41,966 bases of DNA from Phycisphaerae bacterium (GTDB lineage Bacteria > Planctomycetota > Phycisphaerae > UBA1845): assembly GCA_050050135.1 (NCBI GenBank), contig JASFUW010000001.1, positions 1-41,966 on the forward strand, written 5' to 3'. The number at the start of each line of letters is the position of its first letter. The first letter of the stretch is position 1. Shown here piece after piece: positions 34,875 to 41,966 of the stretch. The position numbers and the translations under genes are program-made. Below the pieces are notes generated by a model. It did not search any database. It had not been told where the DNA came from and was given only the letters and a program-made list of their open reading frames with translations.

Positions 34875-36533
34875 GTGCATAGCGCAACCGCGCGACACGC
34901 ACCGCCTCAGATCGACCGCCTCCGCCCGATGCGAACGGCTCACACGAGCCATCCGGCGGTTCGGTTTCTTGTCCGCCGTTATGTCGAACTCCTGACGATT
35001 CTGGCACTCCTGTTTGTATTGCAGACCGGATTGGTGCCGTTCGACTTCCAGAGCGCAGCAGATCAGGTCGGCGCGGGCAACTTCTTCTCGAGCGCGACGT
35101 CGCGGCTGACTCTGCCGGACGTCATCAGCAACATCTTCCTGTATGTGCCGCTGGGCATGCTCCTGCACTGGAGTCTTGCGCGCAGGCTGCACCGGATACC
35201 GGCCACGGGCCTGATCGCCATGGCGCTGGCCGCCGCGACGAGCGGGCTCGTGGAGTGGCTTCAAGCCTACTCTGCGGCGCGGGTCTCGTCTGTTATCGAT
35301 CTTTCGAGTAATGTCATCGGCGCGGCAGTCGGCGTGTCCCTTTCGTTGACCTGCCGGCGGATCGTCCCGCAGCTTGTCGGCGCCGCGATCGCCGAGCTGC
35401 AGCACAGACCGCAGGCGCTGATGCTCAAGGCCTACTGCCTGGTGCTCGTCGTTTTCGCAGCGATTCCGTTTTCCTTCTCGTTTGACACCGTTCGCTTGAA
35501 GCAGGCGGTGAGGTCGGCGAATCTCATCCCGTTTCAGGCAATCGCCTATGACGACGCCGTCATGGCCGGACTGCTGCCGAAGTCGGCCGTCAACGCCCGC
35601 GCCCAGCTTAGATGGCTGAACATGAGGCGTTGGTCGCGTTGGACCGTCGAATGCATCTCCTTTACGGTGCTGGCGTGGCTGGCGCTGACGGTTCTTCGAG
35701 ACGACTACCGCTTCGGCACGCGGGCGAGCGTCGCATTCGTCATGTACCTCGGCGGTGCGTTCGCGCTCGCGCTGACGCTTCTGCAACTGCCGATTGTTTC
35801 GCGGGCTTGTGATGTAACCGACGTGCTCTTTCGATGGATCGGCGTGGTGCTGGGGCTCGTCGCAAGAGGTTGGTACCTTCGCCGGCTCGGGACCGGACCC
35901 GCTCGCGCGCTCGACGACTTTCATCGACGGGCCGCGAAGATCGGGATCGCGATGCTCGCGTGCTACATCTTGTACATCGGCGCCATTCCGTTCGAGTTCG
36001 GTGGTCGGGGCGGCGGCGTGAAGGCGTCGATCATGAGTGACAGTCTTCTGCCATTTTTTGCCTATTACGTGGCTCGCTTCGACCTGATGATGTCGGACGC
36101 CATGCAGAAGTTCGCCTCGTACGCCGTCTTCGCGGCGCTTCTGGCGTTTTGTTGGTCGCGCCGCGGCGACGGCAAAGTCGACGCGCGTGTGTTCGCGGTC
36201 GCCGCCGCCGGTGTGTCGCTCTCGGTTTATGTCGAGTTCGTGCAAGCGTTCATCCCGGTTCGTGTTCCAAGCCTGACCGACCCGATCCTCGCCGCGGCAG
36301 GGTGCGCGACCGGGGCGGTCCTCGTTCGCCAGGCGAGGTCCGTCTACGCGTTTTCTCAGCGTGAACCGCGTGCGATCGACATGCCTGAGCGTTCGAAGGC
36401 GCGTCACGAGGGCGCGGCGCTTCCGCGGGACGATGCGCTGATCGCCACGTTGATTGACCCCGACCCGAACGCCCCGGCCGAGCCGTCCACCTCCACCCCG
36501 CGCGTTCCCACAACGAAGAACCCCACAGTCTGA
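34875..36533 (+). CDS. Membrane protein with two VanZ-like domains
   Basis: GGAAGG lies 5 nt upstream of the GTG at 34875, which is 2 nt after the preceding stop. The first module reads ...LVPFDFQ...NIFLYVPLGMLL...EWLQAYSAARVSSVIDLSSNVIGAAVG. The second module reads ...IPFEFGG...QKFASYAVFAALL...VEFVQAFIPVRVPSLTDPILAAAGCATG. Confidence 0.55.
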   Translation: MHSATARHAPPQIDRLRPMRTAHTSHPAVRFLVRRYVELLTILALLFVLQTGLVPFDFQSAADQVGAGNFFSSATSRLTLPDVISNIFLYVPLGMLLHWSLARRLHRIPATGLIAMALAAATSGLVEWLQAYSAARVSSVIDLSSNVIGAAVGVSLSLTCRRIVPQLVGAAIAELQHRPQALMLKAYCLVLVVFAAIPFSFSFDTVRLKQAVRSANLIPFQAIAYDDAVMAGLLPKSAVNARAQLRWLNMRRWSRWTVECISFTVLAWLALTVLRDDYRFGTRASVAFVMYLGGAFALALTLLQLPIVSRACDVTDVLFRWIGVVLGLVARGWYLRRLGTGPARALDDFHRRAAKIGIAMLACYILYIGAIPFEFGGRGGGVKASIMSDSLLPFFAYYVARFDLMMSDAMQKFASYAVFAALLAFCWSRRGDGKVDARVFAVAAAGVSLSVYVEFVQAFIPVRVPSLTDPILAAAGCATGAVLVRQARSVYAFSQREPRAIDMPERSKARHEGAALPRDDALIATLIDPDPNAPAEPSTSTPRVPTTKNPTV

Positions 36534-36657
36534 ACACGCTCAACGGTCGATCCCCGGTCACCCCTGACGTGTTGCGTCTCGATCCGCACCACACGCCGAC
36601 CCGCATTTCACAACCCGCGAGCGACGGGCCGCTGGCAACCGCAGCGAAAGTCGGCCT

Positions 36658-36686
36658 TTGCATGCGGACTGTGGATGCGACATAAT
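36658..36686 (+). promoter_or_regulatory. Sigma70-like promoter candidate for tal
   Basis: TTGCAT (36658-36663), a 17-nt spacer, then CATAAT (36681-36686). It lies about 85 nt upstream of the tal start. The -10 sits inside the palindrome ATGCGAcataaTCGCAT. Confidence 0.3.
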
Positions 36687-36771
36687 CGCATGTGCGGGCT
36701 CGGGATGAGCGGGGCGTACGATCACGCCGCGATCGGCGGATGCGTACTGAGTGACCGACAGGAGGCACCGT

Positions 36772-37890
36772 TTGAGCAACACCATCCAGAAACTCAATGA
36801 GCGAGGACAGTCGATCTGGTGCGACGATCTGAGCCGTGAGATGATCAACTCGGGGGAGCTGCAGCGTTACTTCGAGATGGGTGTCACAGGGGTGACGTCG
36901 AACCCGACGATCTTCATGAAGGCCCTCAGTGGCGGTGACGCCTATGACGAGCTGTTCAACAAGCTCGCGAGCGAGGGCAAGACCGGGATGGAGCTTTACG
37001 AGGGCCTGGTTCTGCCCGACATCGCCGACGCGGCCGATATGCTCAGACCCGTCTACGATCGAACCGACGGACGAGACGGGTTCGTCAGTCTGGAAGTCAA
37101 TCCCAAGCTCGCCTATGACATGGAGCGGACGCTCGATGAAGCCCGCCGACTGTTCAAGACGCTCAACCGGCCGAACGTGCTGATCAAGGTTCCTGCAACC
37201 GATGAAGGCATCCCCGCGATCGAGACGCTGATCGGTGAGGGCATCAACGTGAACGTGACGCTCATCTTTTCGCTGGCGATGTACCGGCGGGTGATGGGTG
37301 CATACTCGAGCGGCCTGAAAAAGCTCGACGCCGCGGGCGGCGACCTGAGTCGTGTCGCATCCGTAGCATCGTTTTTCGTCAGCCGACTCGACACGCTCGT
37401 AGACAAGCTTCTGGCTGAAAAACATCCGCCGCATGCTGACATCTCCGATCTGCTCGGGGCGGCCGCGGTGGCCAATACGCGGCTCGCGTATGCCCTGTTC
37501 GAACAGACCTTCCGGGACGGCGGTGATTTTGCGGCACTTGCGGCCAAGGGTGCCCGCGTCCAGCGGCCTCTGTGGGCAAGCACCAGCACGAAGAACCCGG
37601 AATACCCCCCCACCAAGTACGTCGACGACCTGGTCGGGCCGGACACGGTCAACACGATCCCGCCGGATACGATCGCCGCCGTTCTGCACGGTGGCCGGAC
37701 CGAGGTCACGATCCGCCATGATCTTGCAGGTGCTCGTGCCGTCTTTGCGGCACTCGAGAAATCGGGCATCCACGTCGACGCAGCCACCGACAAGCTCAGC
37801 GTAGACGGGGTCAAGGCGTTCTCACAGTCGTTCGACGACCTCCTCGCCAACCTCGAAGCGAAGCACGAGAGGGTTCGAGCGGCGGGATAG
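36772..37890 (+). CDS. tal: Transaldolase (long, actinobacterial-type)
   Basis: GGAGG (36761-36765) lies 6 nt upstream of the in-frame TTG at 36772. The product reads LSNTIQKLNERGQSIWCDDLSRE...GVTGVTSNPTIF...FVSLEVNP...NVLIKVPAT.EG..AIE.L...GINVNVTLIFS...VASFFVSRLD.... Confidence 0.9.
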   Translation: MSNTIQKLNERGQSIWCDDLSREMINSGELQRYFEMGVTGVTSNPTIFMKALSGGDAYDELFNKLASEGKTGMELYEGLVLPDIADAADMLRPVYDRTDGRDGFVSLEVNPKLAYDMERTLDEARRLFKTLNRPNVLIKVPATDEGIPAIETLIGEGINVNVTLIFSLAMYRRVMGAYSSGLKKLDAAGGDLSRVASVASFFVSRLDTLVDKLLAEKHPPHADISDLLGAAAVANTRLAYALFEQTFRDGGDFAALAAKGARVQRPLWASTSTKNPEYPPTKYVDDLVGPDTVNTIPPDTIAAVLHGGRTEVTIRHDLAGARAVFAALEKSGIHVDAATDKLSVDGVKAFSQSFDDLLANLEAKHERVRAAG

Positions 37891-37902
37891 TAACGAGGCG
37901 GC

Positions 37903-37934
37903 GAAGCGACGGAGCGACGAAGCGACGGAGCGAC
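37903..37934. repeat. 2 x 16-nt perfect tandem repeat (gaagcgacggagcgac)
   Basis: 37903-37918 equals 37919-37934, followed by ggagggaggg. It starts 13 nt after the tal stop. Confidence 0.6.
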
Positions 37935-38359
37935 GGAGGGAGGGATGGAAGGACGTAGGGAATGGGAGCCCGGCGCGCCGGGGAAGGCTCCGGGGCAAAA
38001 GTCGGGCCCGTGTCGCAGGCGAAGCCACGGGGAACGGCGTTTTTGATAGCGCCAGTGCGGGTTTTTGGGTTGGTTCTGTCACTTTTTTTGTGCATTTCTT
38101 TTTCTCTTCCCGCTCCGGGGGTCGGCCACGCGGCATTCGGCACGCACAAACTGTGCGCGCAGGACCGCCATCCGGTCCAGGAGAATAACTTCAGGGGTGA
38201 TCGGTGGCTCGAGTCGCGAGTAGGAATACGAGCCATCGGGCGCCAGCGGTGGCATTCGCCAGTCTGTGTCGTCGCAATGCGCCGCGGGACCCGGGCGATT
38301 GATATCCCTTTAGAATTCGGCTGCACCCAGCGCGGTACGCCAACGCCCGGAGTAGGAGC

Positions 38360-38387
38360 TTGACTCGTTAAAGCTCGATGGGATAAT
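38360..38387 (+). promoter_or_regulatory. Sigma70-like promoter candidate for the Cys-tail gene at 38530
   Basis: TTGACT (38360-38365), a 16-nt spacer, then GATAAT (38382-38387). It lies about 140 nt upstream of the ATG at 38530. Confidence 0.3.
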
Positions 38388-38529
38388 CGTTCGCCGATCG
38401 CCTAAGAACCGCTTGGCTGTTTTCATTGATGTTTTACGAATGGCGAGCCGAGCATGTCGGTCTCGCGGGCGCGGAGCGGCGTGAGGTCGCGCAAACAAGA
38501 CGGGCGTCTTCAATTCGCGGCAGGTAGCG

Positions 38530-39626
38530 ATGGCAAACGACAAAAGGCACCGACCGGAAGACGGGCCAACAGCCCGCGAGATACTCGGGCACACTGGGGC
38601 AGTGTTCGTCGTCTTCTGTGGGATCTATGCATGCGCGAATCTACTCGGGCACATCGTCGCGGCCAGCGAGGGTGTGGGCGCCGACCCCGTTGAGGTCGCA
38701 CTAGCAACAGTCGTAATCAAGTGCATAATCGCGCTCGATTGGATACTCCTCGTGGCATACGTTGCCCACAGTTTCCTGCGCTTGGCCAAACGGTTCGTCC
38801 CAGAGACCGTGGCGCTATACCTCACTGGACTTCTGCGGATCGTGCGACGGTCAGGCGACCACGAAAACGACCGGGGTCGCGCGCGGCCACGGTGGCGGAT
38901 CCGAGCCTTCGGCGCCATTGGGAGCCTCGTGGTTGTTGCGCTATACCTGACTGGATCCGCACTACTAGCGCCGCGCGAATGGACGTTGCTTTTTGACGGG
39001 CTGGGAAGCGTGTTCGAGACAGTTCACGGTCACGTCGTTTTCAGGCCGGGATTGCAATCGGACCGAATCTGGATGGGCTTTAAGGTTGGGGGCCCGATAG
39101 GTAGGCCCGTCGGCGCCGATGTTGGACAGACGGATCCCCTTGATACATCCGGTCGCGTCACCGTCTGGTGTAACACCGACAGACGAGAGCTGCGAATCAC
39201 GGCGACAAATAACGACGGGACCCCGATAACCCGCGCATATACCATCTACGACCCGAGTTGGGCAGTACGCACGAGCTTTCAAGAGTACCTGCAGCGGTTC
39301 GAGGAGCATATGCGAGGGGACGGCGGATCAGGACCAACGCGCAAACGGGGTGCCCAGGCGGCGGGGAGTGCTTCTGCCCGGCAAGCGGCGCGGAGGGGAT
39401 TTGCTGCCCTGAGACGACCGTTCCCTATGCGGACTGCGCGGCCCCCGGCGGGTGTCGCTGTGCCTGTTTGGCCGTTTGGCCACCAGCCCCCGACGGGGGC
39501 GTGAAAGTGTCCGAGGCTCGGAATTGCGGCCTCGGACTGGAGTCGTGCAAGATCCGTTGCCCTCCGGGCCATGCTCCGGGGTGTGCGTGCGACGAAAGAA
39601 AATGTTGGGGCGTCTGCATGAGATAG
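38530..39626 (+). pseudogene. Multi-pass membrane protein with unassigned middle domain and cysteine-cluster tail; the reading frame is broken between 39328 and 39350 (frameshift or assembly error)
   Basis: ORF 38530..39504 has 4 TM helices and a domain homologous to that of 40116..40790 up to ...EEHMRGDGG, after which it becomes low-complexity. The homologous Cys-rich tail (CPGGGECFCPASGAEGICCPE...GGCRCAC..., 16 Cys in 91 aa) is in the -1 frame (39351..39626). Confidence 0.5.
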
Positions 39627-39960
39627 TAGAATCCGCCCGGTCGAGCTCTGCCACGCACACCTGTTCGTCCGAAAATGGAAGGGTTTGCAGCCCTGAAACA
39701 GCGGGTTCCGCATCTTCGCGCCACCGGATGCCGACGAGTGGGCTGGAGCACGATGTCGCCGTTCCCGAGCGATCAGGAGTTGAGTTTTCACAAGCGGAAA
39801 GGGCAATACTATTTTTCTCGGAATTCTGTTGACACGTGGGCCTCAGGTTGTGACGATAAATCAAGTCGGACTTTGGACGACGCAAGGCCCTTTCATTTTT
39901 TTGGAGCCGGGGGCGGCGAACGCCGTCAATCTTTGCAAGTTTGAGTCAATTAGCACTGTT

Positions 39961-40041
39961 GGAGCGCGTGTGCCGAAGCGCTCCATGAGGCCGCGCTGAG
40001 GCGTTGAGCCGCTACCGGTCATATTCATGTGCCGAAGCATG
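39961..40041 (+). promoter_or_regulatory. Two copies of TGTGCCGAAGC, each inside a hairpin, upstream of 40116
   Basis: Copies at 39969-39979 and 40028-40038. Hairpin 1 is GGAGCGC(39961-39967)/GCGCTCC(39978-39984). Hairpin 2 is CATG(40026-40029)/CATG(40038-40041). Confidence 0.3.
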
Positions 40042-40115
40042 CAAGCTAGTCGCATAGTCATTACGGAGGGGCGACCGAGCCATAACAAAACCCACATCAT
40101 CCGGAGGCAAACAAA

Positions 40116-40790
40116 ATGATGATCAGGCAGCCAGTTGCGTACGCCATCTCGGGGCTTCTTTTGCCACTTGCTGCGTTTGTCGTATACGTAGGCCAGACGG
40201 GCGTCAAGGCCGAAAGGGACCGCGCGCGGATCGCGAAGGTCCCAGTAAGGTGGACCTCAGTGGAACCATACGCCTACGAAGGGCCCGCCACGTTCTATGA
40301 AAGGCCCGATGGTATGATCGTGTTCAGTCGGGGGCCAACGGTTTTGCCTCTTACAATCGGCTTCGACCTCCATCTGCAGTGGGATGAGGAAACGGCGGCT
40401 GCGGCGATGGATGGGAGCCTTGAGCTCAGGGACGTTTCCGCCTGGATGAGCATTGAATACGACGACAAGACGTCATCATTATTTCTGAGCTTTGTAGATG
40501 ATGCAGGCGTTCAGCAAGAACTCGCGTACAAGGTTGGTCCGCATAGCGACACCGCCGAGGCGCAAACCGCTTTTGACGCGCATCTCCGCATGTTGTTCGA
40601 CTATATGAACGGCGGGGATCTTATCGGCGAGAATGACGCGACCTACAAGACATGCTCATCTGGATCTTGTTCCTGTGCTGGTCCGGGATGTTCCTGCTCT
40701 GCCTGTTGCCTTGGTGAGGGCCTGATTCCGGAGTGCGACTGCAACCCCGAACGTTGCAGGTGTACCTGTATAAGAGCCCAGAGCTGCTAG
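40116..40790 (+). CDS. Single-pass membrane-anchored protein with unassigned domain and C-terminal cysteine cluster (13 Cys in the last 45 aa)
   Basis: GGAGG (40103-40107) lies 8 nt upstream of the ATG. The N-terminal TM is VAYAISGLLLPLAAFVVYV. The C-terminus is CSSGSCSCAGPGCSCSACCLGEGLIPECDCNPERCRCTCIRAQSC. Confidence 0.65.
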   Translation: MMIRQPVAYAISGLLLPLAAFVVYVGQTGVKAERDRARIAKVPVRWTSVEPYAYEGPATFYERPDGMIVFSRGPTVLPLTIGFDLHLQWDEETAAAAMDGSLELRDVSAWMSIEYDDKTSSLFLSFVDDAGVQQELAYKVGPHSDTAEAQTAFDAHLRMLFDYMNGGDLIGENDATYKTCSSGSCSCAGPGCSCSACCLGEGLIPECDCNPERCRCTCIRAQSC

Positions 40791-40865
40791 GAAACACCGG
40801 GGTATTCGCCGCACCATACGTTGTTAGCGTGACGGTCGGCGGGTCCAAAGCATAGGCCGACGTGG

Positions 40866-41966
40866 TCACGCGTCGTCGGGAACGACGTCGATGTCAGTCA
40901 GTGGCACTTCTAGGTCGATGGCGCCGGAGGTGACTAAGGCCTTTTGTTTGTGGAGCTGCATGCGGACGACTTTGCCGGGTTTTCGCAGCGGTTTGATGTA
41001 GACCTCGTCGCCCGGTTGCAGGTCGTTGACCCAATGGGTCCACTCCTCGAAGGCCTGGGTGGATTCGCGGAGGCGCTCGCGGTCTTTTTCCAGGCGCTGT
41101 CGCTCGTGCCTGGCCTCGATGGCGGCGTCGCGGGCGGCTTTGCGGGCGGCTTCGGCTTCGCGGCGTGAATGCAACGTGCCGGCGATGGCCCGGCTCAAGG
41201 CACGCGTTCGGTTCGAAAGAACGCTCTTCGCAACGCTGACCAGGCGAGAAGGCATGCCCAGGCGTTGGGCGATGATCAGGGCGTTGCTGTTGCCCGGTTC
41301 GCCCATGCGCACACGGAAGGTGGGTTCGAGGGACTCAGGGTCGAACTCGACGGCCGCGTTGTCCACGCGTTCGGTCGTGAAGGCCGTGGCTTTCAACGCG
41401 GAAAGGTGCGTGGTCACGATCGCCTTGGCCTTCAGCGTCAACAGCTCGGAGATGACGGCTTCGCCGATGGCTGCCCCTTCGTCGGGGTCGGTGCCGGCGC
41501 CCAGCTCGTCGATCAACACGAGCGACTTCGGACCGCTGTGCCGCATGATGTCGAGCAAGGTGCCGAGGTGGGAACTGAAGGTGCTGAGCGACTGCTGCAA
41601 GCTCTGCTCATCGCCGACGTCGATGAACACCTGACGGTAGGTCGGCACGCGCGAGCCCTCGCCGGCGGGGACCGGAACACCGCACTGGGCCATCATGGTG
41701 AACAGGCCGACGGTCTTCAAGGTGACCGTCTTGCCGCCGGTGTTCGGGCCGGTGACAACCAGCACATCGAAGTCCTCGCCGAGCCGAATGTCGATGGGGA
41801 CGACCTCGCGGAACGGTTTGCCGTCGTTGGCGTCGCGCTCGAAGACCTCGATCAACAAGGGGTGGCGCGCTTCGTGCAGATCGAGAACGCCGGTTTCGTC
41901 GATTTCCGGGCAGACGCAGGACCGCTTCCTGGCATAGCGGCACTTGGCGGCGATCAGGTCGAGTGC
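40866..41966 (-). CDS. mutS2: Endonuclease MutS2 (5' end beyond window), ending without a Smr domain
   Basis: The frame stays open upstream of track ORF 40866..41858, to the window edge. Walker A is TGPNTGGKTVTLKTVG and Walker B is LVLIDELGAGTDP. A coiled coil and a KOW-like segment (PGDEVYIKPLRKPGKVVRM...) follow, and the stop comes about 20 codons later. Confidence 0.85.
   Translation of the reverse strand, partial: ALDLIAAKCRYARKRSCVCPEIDETGVLDLHEARHPLLIEVFERDANDGKPFREVVPIDIRLGEDFDVLVVTGPNTGGKTVTLKTVGLFTMMAQCGVPVPAGEGSRVPTYRQVFIDVGDEQSLQQSLSTFSSHLGTLLDIMRHSGPKSLVLIDELGAGTDPDEGAAIGEAVISELLTLKAKAIVTTHLSALKATAFTTERVDNAAVEFDPESLEPTFRVRMGEPGNSNALIIAQRLGMPSRLVSVAKSVLSNRTRALSRAIAGTLHSRREAEAARKAARDAAIEARHERQRLEKDRERLRESTQAFEEWTHWVNDLQPGDEVYIKPLRKPGKVVRMQLHKQKALVTSGAIDLEVPLTDIDVVPDDA

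Noticed and set aside
34539-37773. Minus-strand ORFs 34539..36407 (622 aa) and 36250..37773 (507 aa)
   Set aside because: They are antisense to the VanZ-like gene and to transaldolase, both of which have clear family motifs. Their translations are R/D/G-rich junk.
39300-39360. Programmed -1 ribosomal frameshift joining the domain and the Cys tail of the first paralog
   Set aside because: There is no X-XXY-YYZ slippery heptamer in the zero frame near the junction, and I see no obvious downstream pseudoknot. A mutation or an assembly error in the GGGG run is the simpler explanation. It remains a formal possibility only.
39675-40100. ORFs 39675..39944 (+, 89 aa) and 39861..40100 (-, 79 aa) in the spacer between the Cys-tail genes
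   Set aside because: Neither has an SD or recognisable motifs, and the two overlap each other. I treat the spacer as non-coding and regulatory pending expression data.
1-41966. CRISPR arrays, rRNA/tRNA genes, transposases, integrases, and known defence or toxin-antitoxin modules
   Set aside because: I scanned intergenic regions for regularly spaced direct repeats and T-loop (GGTTCGAATCC-like) signatures, and scanned translations for DDE, tyrosine- or serine-recombinase motifs. Nothing qualifies. The repeats found occur in only 2-3 copies with irregular spacing.

Overview
High-GC (by eye about 62-66%) bacterial chromosomal window with about 30 protein-coding genes. I found no rRNA, tRNA, CRISPR array, transposase or integrase. 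The gene content suggests a Planctomycetota-like genome, which is inference only: a hydrazine-synthase-alpha-like propeller/cytochrome, an ASPIC/UnbV FG-GAP protein, PQQ-like propellers, a GT-C-like membrane glycosyltransferase, and many R/P-rich antisense shadow ORFs. Layout, left to right: (1) a five-gene minus-strand operon (1-9320) for secreted haem/propeller proteins, with overlapping stop/start codons at three junctions; (2) a MacB-type ABC pair; (3) a tandem duplication of a 112-aa membrane-anchored basic protein; (4) a sugar-phosphate isomerase and an orphan polytopic membrane protein; (5) a short HTH ORF, dtd and an orphan HExxH protein; (6) two tandem PQQ-like propellers; (7) a stand-alone YedF-C-terminal-like DsrE protein behind a 640-nt structured leader; (8) a GT-C-like gene with an AMMECR1-like fusion gene; (9) a CdaZ-type diadenylate cyclase; (10) a repeat-rich intergenic region; (11) an orphan solute-binding lipoprotein and a PHP histidinol phosphatase; (12) two zinc-ribbon/TM2 paralogs; (13) a WbaP-type sugar transferase; (14) a lipoprotein and a double-VanZ gene; (15) transaldolase; (16) a somewhat lower-GC segment (about 37.9-40.9 kb); (17) a MutS2 gene that ends without a Smr domain. 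My best candidate for an undescribed system is the segment at 37.9-40.9 kb. It holds two paralogous membrane-anchored proteins with an unassignable shared domain and homologous, metallothionein-like cysteine-cluster tails. One copy is frameshifted. Conserved 11-mer/hairpin elements lie between the two genes. All family calls come from motif recognition by eye in the supplied translations; no database search was run.
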